Below, piece by piece: positions 9,728 through 19,794 of a stretch of DNA of 64,000 nucleotides. Made by a program: the position numbers and the translations under genes. The stretch is from the IMG/VR virus record IMGVR_UViG_3300042887_005053, positions 1 to 64,000 of that record; one strand, 5' to 3'. The notes beneath the pieces were generated by a model. The model had not been told where the DNA came from. It saw only the letters and a program-made list of their open reading frames with translations, and made no database searches. Every line of letters starts with the position of its first letter. Within the stretch, counting starts at the first letter, position 1.

Positions 9728-11065
9728 TTAATCTACAGATTCTTCACTATCAATAAATACAAAATTACTATCATATTTACTTAAAAACTCTCTTGCTGTA
9801 TTCAATTTTGAAGTATTGTCTCTTATCCATTGTTTAGCCATTTCAAATGGTTCACATCTTAAAAGAGCTTTTTCGTAACTCTCTATACTTTTATAAGCAC
9901 TTAGTATTTCTTCTACACTCATCTTCTTTAATTCTTCTGCTTTAATCATATTCATAACAAATGAAAAATTAGAATTATTTTTAATATAACCTAAAGCATA
10001 ATCTTTTCTGGAAATATTAAGGTCTTTGAAGTGTTTATAAGCTTCATTTATTTCTTCAACTTTGTCGTTAATGGATTTTTTGACAATCTTTATTATCTTA
10101 TCGATCCTTTCGTGAGCTTCTTTTTCATCTTCTGGAATTTGTCCTAAGATATCATCAATTTTATCATCTAAAATATATCCAACTATAATATTCTCTCTAT
10201 GAATATCATCTGTTAATAAACCATGTCTTTCCATATACCATGGTGTTTTGATTTTAAAGAAAAAGTCTTTTCCAGATTTATCTTCAGCTTGAACAATAAC
10301 TCCTTCTTTGTCAACTTGTTTAGCAGTTAACTCAATCAAATTATCCAAATCCTTGAAATCATCTTCAAATGGTGCAATACGAATTGTTCCTATTTTATCT
10401 AAATAGTCTTTAATATCTAAATGTTTTCCAGTTTTGTTATCTCTCATTCTCAAAAGAATGAGGTCTTCTTCTAAGTATCTTAAAACGATTCTATTAGCTG
10501 GTGAAACATACTCAAAAATTGCAGTAATGTTATTATTTAAACACCAATCCACAAATTCTTTGATATCATTTCTTTCGCTATAGATTCTATTAATTCCATC
10601 TGCTTGATCATTATCAAATCCCATTTTAGATTTACCTAATACTTTACCGTTTGGTAACTTAATAAATGATGCTATACTACCATCTTCTTTGTTGTTAACA
10701 TATTTGATCTTATAATCTTTAACAATTGAATACATAGAGTCAGTTACTTGATTCAAGTTGAAGAACTTCTCAAGTAATAAAAATCTATTAAATAAAGATC
10801 CGTCTTTATTGAAAACAAAAGTCAATCCTCTCATCTCATAAGCTTTTACTTCTGGTTTGTTTTCTAAAGGTGAAGCAAAATCTTTATGTTGAGCAAGACG
10901 ATAATTGAATACAGAAATATTATATCCATCAATTACATACTTAGATTCATAGAAGGCAGAGTCTTCCTTAGAGCACATCTCAATGCAATCCTCATAAGTA
11001 GGAAGATAGTAAGATGTAATAGAATTAGATTCTTTTAAGTATTGGTTGAATGTGTAGATTTTCAT
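9728..11065 (-). CDS. T4 Rnl1-type RNA ligase with CTS-like N-terminus
   Basis: KFFN, KEDGS (motif I), FEYVSPANRIVLRY, EGVIV, FKIKTPWY; begins MKIYTFNQYLKES. Confidence 0.9.
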   Translation of the reverse strand: MKIYTFNQYLKESNSITSYYLPTYEDCIEMCSKEDSAFYESKYVIDGYNISVFNYRLAQHKDFASPLENKPEVKAYEMRGLTFVFNKDGSLFNRFLLLEKFFNLNQVTDSMYSIVKDYKIKYVNNKEDGSIASFIKLPNGKVLGKSKMGFDNDQADGINRIYSERNDIKEFVDWCLNNNITAIFEYVSPANRIVLRYLEEDLILLRMRDNKTGKHLDIKDYLDKIGTIRIAPFEDDFKDLDNLIELTAKQVDKEGVIVQAEDKSGKDFFFKIKTPWYMERHGLLTDDIHRENIIVGYILDDKIDDILGQIPEDEKEAHERIDKIIKIVKKSINDKVEEINEAYKHFKDLNISRKDYALGYIKNNSNFSFVMNMIKAEELKKMSVEEILSAYKSIESYEKALLRCEPFEMAKQWIRDNTSKLNTAREFLSKYDSNFVFIDSEESVD

Positions 11066-11808
11066 ATTTCTTTTTCAAAAATAGATATGTTAGAAGGACT
11101 AATATTATCTAAGGTATAATATCCTTCCTCATATCTTGGATCTTTAAATAATTTCAAGTTTGTGTTGTTGACTTTAAATATTATCCATTTTGTATTTTTA
11201 TTCCATTTTTTATTTCCTAACTCATAATGATTAATATCTCTTTCTTCTGAGTAATGTAGTTTCATTTGAGGTATTAAATTTTTACAGTCTTGTGCACTTT
11301 TACACAAATAAATTCTATCTATATGTGATGATAGTTTTGATTTGCTTTTTGGAAACAATCCCGATTTTAATATTTTTTTCTCATATTCTTGAATACTTAA
11401 ATGATAAAGTTCACCATCATATTTAGATTCTTCATCGAATTTTGAATCATACTCTATTGTTAGATTTGAAATAATTGATTTTTTTAATTTTATTTCTGAT
11501 TCATCATATTTTTTTAATCTGTTAAAACCATTTGACAATTCCAATAATTGAGAAGATGGAAACCACCCAAATTTGTTTGTCATTAAAGATGATAACATAT
11601 CAAATAAATCATCAATTTTTGAACTGTCTATTGATCTAAAGTTTAAAAATTTTATACTTATAATATCATCTTTTATCTGTCCTTCAACTTCAAATTTTAG
11701 TTTCTTTAATGTATCTAAAGTATATCTTAGTGACCTTTCGCCATCATTAGTTCGTATCAGACCTTCATTAATTGATTGTAAATAGTCTATGAAATTTTTT
11801 ATAAACAT
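11062..11808 (-). CDS. ADP-ribosyltransferase-fold protein resembling the NAD lobe of Tpt1/KptA
   Basis: LYHLS...ILKSGLFP...RIYL...IIFKV...GYYT.DNISP; begins MFIKNFIDYLQSINEG. Confidence 0.6.
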   Translation of the reverse strand: MFIKNFIDYLQSINEGLIRTNDGERSLRYTLDTLKKLKFEVEGQIKDDIISIKFLNFRSIDSSKIDDLFDMLSSLMTNKFGWFPSSQLLELSNGFNRLKKYDESEIKLKKSIISNLTIEYDSKFDEESKYDGELYHLSIQEYEKKILKSGLFPKSKSKLSSHIDRIYLCKSAQDCKNLIPQMKLHYSEERDINHYELGNKKWNKNTKWIIFKVNNTNLKLFKDPRYEEGYYTLDNISPSNISIFEKEI

Positions 11809-11811
11809 GTT

Positions 11812-12504
11812 TTAAACTTTTATAAAATCACACTTGAGTTTTGCTACAATATGATTAGATAGTTTTGATTTGCTAAGATAAGGATTTTCTTTTTCAGCTT
11901 CTCCTTCTTCATAAGTTTTTATGACACAATCTTTACCAAGAGCCCTTTCAATAGAAACATTAACATCTGACGAAAGTAAGTAATTAAATACATCAAATCT
12001 TTTATCATTAGGTTCAGTCAAAATTTCTCTAGCATAAACAACAATTCCTTCTGTTTCATGATACTCTGGATAGACTACTAAGTTTGAGAAGTCTGTATTA
12101 TTATAGTTGAAATACCTGGTCTTCTCAGTTAAGTCTTTTAAGTTTTTAAATTTCCAAGTTTTTCCTTTGATTGTGATATCAGTATTTTGTGTTTCTCTGA
12201 CTTCTATATTGTCGAATTTATCAGTTATTCTATTAATAGCAGTTCTTAACTCAGATTGATACCACTGGTATTCTTTCCAGTCCAAAGTGTGTTTCTTTTC
12301 AAGTGAAATAAATATTCTATCACCAAATTGATAAACATCATTGTCTCTGACTTTTTTCAATAGATCATATACATTTTTATTGAAGTTTTCAAACGCATTA
12401 TCATTGCAGAAAAAATCTTGATTGATCTGAAATTTATAACCAGCATCCTCAAAGTGAATTAAGGCATCTTCAATTTTATCTTTTAATTCTTGATTAAGAA
12501 GCAT
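11812..12504 (-). CDS. Hypothetical protein (start revised from 12543)
   Basis: TTTATATATA 4 nt before ATG 12504; the longer start runs through a terminator. Confidence 0.65.
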   Translation of the reverse strand: MLLNQELKDKIEDALIHFEDAGYKFQINQDFFCNDNAFENFNKNVYDLLKKVRDNDVYQFGDRIFISLEKKHTLDWKEYQWYQSELRTAINRITDKFDNIEVRETQNTDITIKGKTWKFKNLKDLTEKTRYFNYNNTDFSNLVVYPEYHETEGIVVYAREILTEPNDKRFDVFNYLLSSDVNVSIERALGKDCVIKTYEEGEAEKENPYLSKSKLSNHIVAKLKCDFIKV

Positions 12505-12515
12505 AGAGTATATAT

Positions 12516-12541
12516 AAAAAAAGACTCGATAAAATCGAGTC
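12516..12541 (-). terminator. Intrinsic terminator
   Basis: GACTCGAT-AAA-ATCGAGTC with T run on the minus strand. Confidence 0.8.
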
Positions 12542-12542
12542 A

Positions 12543-12842
12543 TTAAAATTTTTCAGATGATTTAGCTTTAGTAGTATCTGGTTTCGATTTGAAAACTGTT
12601 TTATAAACTATAACTGTATCATGTTTATTATCATAAAGTAATTTCAACTTTTTATTTTCGTCTTGAAGTGTTTTGATAGTAGAATCTTTTTGATGTAAAA
12701 TACATTCGGTTGATGGTAATTCTGGTTTATCAGATGATTGAACTTTGAAAAATACTGCTGTAGAGAATAATAGAAATGAAATAAACCCTATTGTTGAGAT
12801 TATCATTAAGGTTTTAGACATTGATTTGTTAGTTTTTGACAT
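12543..12842 (-). CDS. Single-TM coiled-coil protein
   Basis: N-terminal TM helix; TATATTTG early box at 12859-12866. Confidence 0.65.
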   Translation of the reverse strand: MSKTNKSMSKTLMIISTIGFISFLLFSTAVFFKVQSSDKPELPSTECILHQKDSTIKTLQDENKKLKLLYDNKHDTVIVYKTVFKSKPDTTKAKSSEKF

Positions 12843-12893
12843 AGTAGATATATTTTTACAAATATAAAAATAAAAAATTAATAATAAAAATTA

Positions 12894-13361
12894 TTATGAA
12901 ATATCACCATCATCCTCAACAGTGTTAACATTTTTCTCTTCAGGTGACAATAAACCTTTTCCATATCTTAAAATCCTGTCGTTGTATCTCTTGACTACTT
13001 CTTTTGAAATTGGTATTGAATTACCATCTTCGTCAATTCTCACGAATTTAATATTAGTATGAGTTACCGTTTCTTGCTCACCAGTATAAACATTATGTTT
13101 TCTTACTTCAATATAGATTGATACAGAAGTTCTACCAAATGATATGACTTTGCCATATATCTTTAACAGATTACCAACTTTAACAGATTTTTTGAAAACA
13201 AGTTCATCAATTTTGATCGTAACAATTCTTGGTGTATCACAAAGTTGTGCCGCATAAGCTGCAGCGGATTCATCAATAAGTGCCATCATATTACCACCAA
13301 ACATATTACCGTGAACGCCAAGTTCAGATGTCTTACAGATATGTGTAGTTATAAGTTCCAT
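12894..13361 (-). CDS. Hotdog-fold acyl-CoA thioesterase (YciA-like)
   Basis: HGNMFGGNMMALIDESAA, FKKSVKVG, GRTSV, FVRIDEDG. Confidence 0.88.
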   Translation of the reverse strand: MELITTHICKTSELGVHGNMFGGNMMALIDESAAAYAAQLCDTPRIVTIKIDELVFKKSVKVGNLLKIYGKVISFGRTSVSIYIEVRKHNVYTGEQETVTHTNIKFVRIDEDGNSIPISKEVVKRYNDRILRYGKGLLSPEEKNVNTVEDDGDIS

Positions 13362-13368
13362 ATTATGA

Positions 13369-13785
13369 TTAAAGCTTAACAATTTCTAATCCTGACTTTT
13401 CTAAAAAATTAAGTCCATCTGAGTCTTTGTAAAACTCACCATAGACTAATCTTTTTATTCCTGATTGAAGAATAAGTTTACTACAATCTTTACAAGGAGA
13501 ATGTGTAATATAAATAGTAGCATCTTTACAAGAATGTCCATTTTTAGCACACTTTAATATAGCATTTGCTTCGGCGTGTATTACATACCAATGAGTTAGA
13601 TTATCAGAATCTTCACAAACATTATCAAAACCAGTTGGTGATCCATTATGACCATCAGAGATAATCATACCATCCTTAACTATAAGTGAACCTACTTGTT
13701 TTCGAACACAATGTGAAAGTGTAGACCACTCTTTGGCCATTTTCAAATAAACTTGATCGTATCTCAGTTGTTTATTTTTTTCCAT
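13369..13785 (-). CDS. dCMP deaminase
   Basis: HAEANAI and SPCKDC zinc motifs. Confidence 0.93.
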   Translation of the reverse strand: MEKNKQLRYDQVYLKMAKEWSTLSHCVRKQVGSLIVKDGMIISDGHNGSPTGFDNVCEDSDNLTHWYVIHAEANAILKCAKNGHSCKDATIYITHSPCKDCSKLILQSGIKRLVYGEFYKDSDGLNFLEKSGLEIVKL

Positions 13786-13955
13786 ATTTTTTCGAGTTTC
13801 ATCAACCGATCAATTCTGTAGAATTGTTTTTTAAGAATTTCACCAAGTTTTTTTGAATCAAAATCAAAATTTCGATCCTTCAAATTAGAAGGAGTTGAAT
13901 TAATTTTTGACTTTAATTCGCCTAGCTTTGAATTAAATTCGTTGGTATTATCCAT
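13764..13955 (-). CDS. Small protein with C-terminal tag
   Basis: DRLMKLEKIW near the C-terminus. Confidence 0.55.
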   Translation of the reverse strand: MDNTNEFNSKLGELKSKINSTPSNLKDRNFDFDSKKLGEILKKQFYRIDRLMKLEKIWKKINN

Positions 13956-14493
13956 TTGATTTCAGAATATCACCAATAGTTAAATCAACTAAGGTAGACC
14001 TACCGAAAATTAAAACTTCGACTTTTACTTTATTCTTATCCATATCAATCCAATCAACAGTTCCTTTGAACTTAGCAAAAGGTCCAGTTACGATTTCAAC
14101 AGTTTCACCAACGATGAATTGAGTTTCAATAACATTTTTATTACTTTCTTTCTCACCGATCATTCTATCTACTTCACTTTGTTTTAAGATAATTGCTACA
14201 CCTTTATTGTCTCTAAGGATGTTAGTTGCGCCGTTTGTAGATTTAACTAAGTGAGCTACCTTATCGATAGAATTAGTTTGAACAAAAACATATCCAGGAT
14301 AAAGAACTTTTTCTTTTTGAACCTTTTTGCCTTCTTTGATATCAATTGTTAATTGAGTTGGAATTAAAAAGACAACATCTTCACCATACTCTCTTTTCAT
14401 ATCAGACTTTAATCTTTCTGAAACTGATTTTTCTCGATTGTTTTGTACTTTAACTGTGTACCAATTTTTAGCTTTTACTTCTGTTTGAATCAT
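13948..14493 (-). CDS. nusG: Transcription elongation/antitermination factor
   Basis: NGN (WYTVKV...YPGYVFV) plus KOW (GETVEIVTGPFAKFKG...IFGR). Confidence 0.92.
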   Translation of the reverse strand: MIQTEVKAKNWYTVKVQNNREKSVSERLKSDMKREYGEDVVFLIPTQLTIDIKEGKKVQKEKVLYPGYVFVQTNSIDKVAHLVKSTNGATNILRDNKGVAIILKQSEVDRMIGEKESNKNVIETQFIVGETVEIVTGPFAKFKGTVDWIDMDKNKVKVEVLIFGRSTLVDLTIGDILKSNG

Positions 14494-14837
14494 ATTATTT
14501 GATTTATTTTAATATCTCGTATTTTTGATTTAAGTTTATTGAAATCACTAGGATTCCAAACATGTTCTTTCAACTTATTAACATTATCAATCAATTCAGA
14601 TTTGTGAATTGATTTTTTGATTATAGAATTTATTAAATCATTTGTTGTTCCTTTTTTATCATTACTATCTATCATATCAAGCATGATTGAGTCAGCTTCT
14701 TGATTTATTATAAAAATATTTTTTGATGATAAATCTTGAAAAATAATTTTAAGATGATGTGATAAGTACGACAATTCAGTAGAGGTATAAGTACTCCAAA
14801 AAACAATTTCCCAGTTATTTATTTCCTTTTTCACCAT
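14490..14837 (-). CDS. Hypothetical protein with C-terminal tag
   Basis: Ends IRDIKINQII. Confidence 0.7.
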   Translation of the reverse strand: MVKKEINNWEIVFWSTYTSTELSYLSHHLKIIFQDLSSKNIFIINQEADSIMLDMIDSNDKKGTTNDLINSIIKKSIHKSELIDNVNKLKEHVWNPSDFNKLKSKIRDIKINQII

Positions 14838-15225
14838 CTTTAATATACTTTAATTCCTCTTTAACCTCATCAATATTATACTTAATTAGTAGTTCTAGTT
14901 CTTCTTGCTTGATATTAAATTTTAATAATAACGAATTCATTTCTTTCTCTGTAAAAAGAGAATCATCTTTTGACTTTTCACTTTTACTCCAAAACCATTT
15001 GGGATAAGGCTTACTTTCCATAAAGTAATACCAAAGATCCATACCAATCACCTTATCTTGATTTTTGTCATTTAATAATTGTGCTAATTCTGGAAACTTT
15101 TTAGAGAAATACCTATTGAATATAAAAAAGAACTGTTCTTTCTGAGCTTCGGTAACAAACTTCCAGTTGTTTCGTTCTTGAAACATACATTTCGATATAG
15201 CAAGTACATTATTATCTATAATCAT
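14815..15225 (-). CDS. Hypothetical protein, possibly T4 gp62-like clamp-loader small subunit
   Basis: FIFNRYFS...PKWFWSK pattern and size; weak resemblance only. Confidence 0.35.
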   Translation of the reverse strand: MIIDNNVLAISKCMFQERNNWKFVTEAQKEQFFFIFNRYFSKKFPELAQLLNDKNQDKVIGMDLWYYFMESKPYPKWFWSKSEKSKDDSLFTEKEMNSLLLKFNIKQEELELLIKYNIDEVKEELKYIKDGEKGNK

Positions 15226-15731
15226 AAAATTTCATCTATTTTCATATCTCTATATGACTCTAAATCGATAAGTTTAACAAACTCAATAGGAAAAATGGTA
15301 TCATCAAAATCAACTTTTGGAGAAATGACTTTTTCATCAATTTGAATGTAATTACCATCTTCTAGTTCATACTCCATACATCCAGTCTCGTAATTAAATA
15401 CTTTTCTAACTATTGGAGATCTTCTATTCTTAAGCTTTTCAGATATTGAATTTGTTATTTTATCTAATACTCTTTCAAGATTGTCTCCTTGATTGGTTAT
15501 TTTGCTGAGCAGATCATAATAATGCCAACAAAGTTCAAGATAGATAGCAATTTTTAACATTTGTTGATCATCTAACCTAGTTTTTTTGAGTTTAGTCTCA
15601 ATAATTGGATACCATTTAAGGCTAATGGTTTCTTTTTTTGATAAAATCTTTTTCACAAGATCTGATTGACCTTGGATAAACTCTTCAAAAGTAGGTATTG
15701 TGAAAATATATTCAGGTCTTAAAACGTTCAT
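15222..15731 (-). CDS. Hypothetical protein with C-terminal tag
   Basis: Ends YRDMKIDEIL; start uncertain. Confidence 0.65.
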   Translation of the reverse strand: MNVLRPEYIFTIPTFEEFIQGQSDLVKKILSKKETISLKWYPIIETKLKKTRLDDQQMLKIAIYLELCWHYYDLLSKITNQGDNLERVLDKITNSISEKLKNRRSPIVRKVFNYETGCMEYELEDGNYIQIDEKVISPKVDFDDTIFPIEFVKLIDLESYRDMKIDEIL

Positions 15732-16692
15732 AGACTTGTTCCATTTTATCAACAATTTCAGTTGGCATGTAGTCTGTATTCAAGAGAATAAGCTTCATAT
15801 TTTCTTCGATATTATTCTTAATACCATCAATTGAACTCTTTGATAACTTCTTTTTTTCACAAATTAAATCAGCAATATTTTCAGTTAAATCTGGGTCTTG
15901 TAAATTAGGCTCACCAAAGTGCACTAAATACTCATCAAATATAGATTTAGCTCCTTTATCAGCGATACCTCTTTTTTTACCATTCTTAACAATAGACCAG
16001 GCTGACGCAATATTATCAGATGTATCACCAGAAATTAATTTAATAATTAAAGCCTCAACAGAATCAACTTGATGGCAGTCATATTTACTTATGAAGTTAT
16101 TAAGTAGATTAATAAACTCTTGGTTGTCGTTTAGATTAAAGATATCATCATTATCTAATTTATTTATCGAGTTAAAAAATAACTGATAGTTCTTAGGTAA
16201 GAACAGTTTTTGTTTATTGTGCATTTCATTAGTCATTATATTAATCACTAGTGGGTCAATAGAGAATGTAACTAATTGTTTTATATCATAATCGTTACTA
16301 ACAATTATTGTAGAACGATTGGATCTATTGGCTTTTTCGACTAAAAAAGAAATAAAGTCATCACCTTCGACATGAGGTGCTTCCATTATTTTAATTCCTT
16401 TAGATTTAATTGATTCTTTGAATTCACCATAAGCAGAGAAAACAAATTCCCAGTCAATGTCAGAATCTTTTTTTCGGTTGGCTTTATAGTTTTGATTAAG
16501 CTTTTTTCTCCAAGACTTTTCTTTTGAGTCAGAGACAATATAAATATTAGCAAAAGGATACCATTTTTTATAATTAGTAACAGCAGTTTCAAGACTTTTG
16601 TGAAGCGCACCAAATAAGAGGTTGTTTTTATGTAGAGTGAAAACCATACGATTAAGTATGTAATTTCCATCTATCACTAAATCACAAAGCAT
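15712..16692 (-). CDS. 5'-3' exonuclease/flap endonuclease (T4 RNase H-like)
   Basis: VIDGN, SWRK...YKANR, EGDD, SNDYDIKQL, GDTSDNI. Confidence 0.88.
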   Translation of the reverse strand: MLCDLVIDGNYILNRMVFTLHKNNLLFGALHKSLETAVTNYKKWYPFANIYIVSDSKEKSWRKKLNQNYKANRKKDSDIDWEFVFSAYGEFKESIKSKGIKIMEAPHVEGDDFISFLVEKANRSNRSTIIVSNDYDIKQLVTFSIDPLVINIMTNEMHNKQKLFLPKNYQLFFNSINKLDNDDIFNLNDNQEFINLLNNFISKYDCHQVDSVEALIIKLISGDTSDNIASAWSIVKNGKKRGIADKGAKSIFDEYLVHFGEPNLQDPDLTENIADLICEKKKLSKSSIDGIKNNIEENMKLILLNTDYMPTEIVDKMEQVYERFKT

Positions 16693-16714
16693 ATAGTTTG
16701 ATTATTTTTTATTT

Positions 16715-16740
16715 TATATACTCTTAATATTACTTTGTTT
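16715..16740 (-). promoter_or_regulatory. Putative middle promoter
   Basis: AAAC-N18-TATA heading the flap nuclease-nusG-dCMP deaminase operon. Confidence 0.55.
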
Positions 16741-17044
16741 CTAAAATGTGATCTAACTTATTTTCTCTGAGATAAACCTTGTATTTTGATTCTAAAATCA
16801 CTTTCAATTCTTCAGTAAATGAAACTTTTTGCTTTCTGATTTCTTCATAGTATTTCCATCCAAGACAATTAATTAAAGCAATAGTTTGTGCAATTTGGAA
16901 ATCACTATAACCTTCAATAGTTATTTCTTCATCCATTAAAACATAAGTTGATTTCTGATATGAAATCGTGTTATGATTTGTTGTTGTTCCTGCAAAAGGA
17001 TAAGTGATATTAGAGTTAGACGGATTATAAAGTTGATTGGCCAT
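16730..17044 (-). CDS. Hypothetical protein with C-terminal tag
   Basis: Ends LRENKLDHILETK. Confidence 0.7.
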   Translation of the reverse strand: MANQLYNPSNSNITYPFAGTTTNHNTISYQKSTYVLMDEEITIEGYSDFQIAQTIALINCLGWKYYEEIRKQKVSFTEELKVILESKYKVYLRENKLDHILETK

Positions 17045-17084
17045 ATAAAAGTATTTTTTTTTATATGAACAATTATTTGAATGT

Positions 17085-18599
17085 TTAGACTATTCTAATA
17101 TATTTCGGAGAAGTAAATTTATCATTGCTAATAGACATTGCATAATAAAATATACTTTGAATTATATCATTCGCATACATTGGATAATTATACAAAATCT
17201 CTGCAAAAAATAAAGACTGGTACTTTGAAATCATTCTTGATCTATTATAGAATGATTGTTTGTTACCAATAGATTGGCCGAGTTTTCCTATAATTCTATT
17301 TAGTCTTATAATCTCTCTTTTTAACTTTTCATCTGACCAATCTTCTAAGTCATTTTTAGTCAAAATTAAAGGAAGTGATTTTTCATTGATCTGTGCAATT
17401 TTTTCAATCACATGATTAATTCTAGTCAAACCAACCTTTCCGTGTCTAGCAGACTCACCAACTACTTCACCACTAACATCACTTATGGAATCAGGACCTG
17501 AAAATGATCGAATATCCATATATTCTGTTTTATTTTCACTTTCAATCTCACTTATTTGTTTTGCCATTACTCTGACACCAATAGAACCTAATGGATTTTT
17601 TTATGTAATTACTTTTTCAAATTCATATTTAGGAACTGGAGTTACCTTATTCAAAACTAATTTAACATCAGATGTTCTTTCAATTTGTTTTAATTTTTTC
17701 AGTGAAATCCCTCTTAGGATCTTTTGATCAAACAGTGAATCTATTAACTCATTGAACTCCTCAATAGTTTTAGTTTCACTAATTCTTGATAGAACTACAC
17801 TATGTTGTGTAGCCTGAACTGCCCAAATGTCAGATGGTGTCCACTTAGCAATTGGTATACCGGTTGTTTCAGGAAAACTTCTGTATTTATCATTAATTAT
17901 TTTGGTTAGTCCTTCTTTGTAGCCGATTTGGTAATAGATATAACTTTTACGTCTACTTAAAGCATTGTCATCTCTAGATTTATCTTTTGTGTAGATTGGT
18001 CTTATTTCAAATAAGGCATTTGCTGTATTTATAAACGACTTAATCCAAGTAACAGAATAATTTTCAATTATATCTCTGTTGATAACGATAGGTAGTCTGA
18101 CTTGTGAAAGTATTTCTGGCTTAATCTCACTTTCTTCATTAAAAAGTTCATCTAGTGATTCTTGTGTTAGACTTACATCACCTTTTGATTGTCTTAAAGA
18201 CAAAAATAAACATTGAATACATTCTACTAATCTAGTATCTGTGCTGCCAAGTGAACTACCGCCACTACTTCCGAATTCTGATGTTTTTTCAATATCATTT
18301 AATTGATAAGTTTGGCCGTTTGCGCCTTTTATTATCTTTTTATATCTAGGTCCGGATTTGAAAAAAGTCTTTGCTTTATCAGGATCATACTTACCATCAT
18401 CGGTTATATTTGGAACGATTTCATCTGGATTAACGACTTTAGTAAGTTTGTTTGAAACTGTGCCTCTAGGTTTGAATGTAAACTCATCTTCGTCATTCAT
18501 TTTACGAACTAAAACATCACCCCTAAGGTCACCAGACTTTGAGGTTTTTTCTAACTCTGATAAGTCAATATTGGCTTCGTAAAATTTTTTTATTTGCAT
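17085..18599 (-). pseudogene. PD-(D/E)xK-like protein of about 504 codons interrupted by one in-frame TAA at 17601-17603
   Basis: ORFs 17601-18599 and 17085-17567 share a frame, joined by 11 sense codons; KWTPSDIW...GISLKK. Confidence 0.6.
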
Positions 18600-18636
18600 A
18601 TTGTATATATTTATATTTTTATTCTATATTTGTATG

Positions 18637-18975
18637 ATGCTTACTCGAGGTCGTGCTTGGCGAAGACATATTGAAGATAAAAAGGTAATCAAAAGACTAA
18701 AATTAATAGCAATAACTAAGAATTGGTGGTCTTTTGAAGATGCTAATAATGCTTGGCTTAAGGATCCTTGTTGGTATGACTTAATATCAACAAGAAGTGC
18801 GACTTTTTTGAAGAACTCAACTACCGATAAATATTCTACTAGAAGAAAAACAAAATGGGGTAAAAAGGGTAAGAAAAATTGGAATTATTCTTTTTCTCCT
18901 TGGACAAGACACAAAGAAAAACAACGAACACAAAAAGAGGTAAAAAATGAACTTGGATTTTTATTTACCCAATAA
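18637..18975 (+). CDS. Basic Trp/Lys-rich early protein (start revised to 18634/18637)
   Basis: TATATTTG at 18625-18632. Confidence 0.6.
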   Translation: MLTRGRAWRRHIEDKKVIKRLKLIAITKNWWSFEDANNAWLKDPCWYDLISTRSATFLKNSTTDKYSTRRKTKWGKKGKKNWNYSFSPWTRHKEKQRTQKEVKNELGFLFTQ

Positions 18976-19477
18976 CAGTGAGGACTGGATAATAAAAAAT
19001 AATACTATTTATTATCACAGATTAGTTGATATTCCTATCTTAAAAGAAAGAAAAGGAATAGTTTGGGTTGCTCTCGATCGAAGAGTTAGGAAACAAGTAC
19101 TAAGAATAATAAATCATTTAGTAAGTAACAATGTCAAATTTTATCTAACAACTAGATTCAACATTTCACAAAAAGATATCTTCAAAGAAGATTTAGTTAC
19201 TATAATTGAAAACTATATACTTGCTCTCACTGATGAGTTTTTCTTTGATGCGGTATTTGATAGTAAATTTGATTATGTTAAGAATCTAACCGACTTTATG
19301 ACTGATTATGATTGTCATAGATTATTCAAGTCACCATATGAAAAAATCAAGAAAGCTTATTTAAGTGAAAAAACAGACTGGTATACAATGAGAAAATATT
19401 ATTTAATAAAAAAAGAATATATCAGAGACTCAATACGAACGTTAGAAAGAGAGATAAAAATTAGTCTATTTCTTTAA
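18947..19477 (+). CDS. Hypothetical protein with C-terminal tag
   Basis: Ends EREIKISLFL. Confidence 0.7.
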   Translation: MNLDFYLPNNSEDWIIKNNTIYYHRLVDIPILKERKGIVWVALDRRVRKQVLRIINHLVSNNVKFYLTTRFNISQKDIFKEDLVTIIENYILALTDEFFFDAVFDSKFDYVKNLTDFMTDYDCHRLFKSPYEKIKKAYLSEKTDWYTMRKYYLIKKEYIRDSIRTLEREIKISLFL

Positions 19478-19578
19478 TATATACTATTAATTATAGTTCA
19501 GGTGTTGTTGGTAAAGAGTTTGAGAGCTATAATCAAAAAATGAGAATTCTATGGATTCCGAAGGTGATAGTATAATAA

Positions 19579-19794
19579 ATGAAAGAAAAAATTTCAACAT
19601 TTTGTCTGATTATAGCGATGTGGTTAAATCCATTTGGCTTCGACGCAGTTCAACTGATGTTAATCAAGTTAACAGGATCCTTATTGACGTCCAACTTAAT
19701 TTTATATTGCCTCTCGGCACTATTTTTTGGTTTTTATTTTTACTTCTCTGGAACTAATCCACTAAATTTCATATCTGGGAAAACTAAGAAATAA
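19579..19794 (+). CDS. Small membrane protein
   Basis: Two hydrophobic segments around NPFGFD. Confidence 0.6.
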   Translation: MKEKISTFCLIIAMWLNPFGFDAVQLMLIKLTGSLLTSNLILYCLSALFFGFYFYFSGTNPLNFISGKTKK

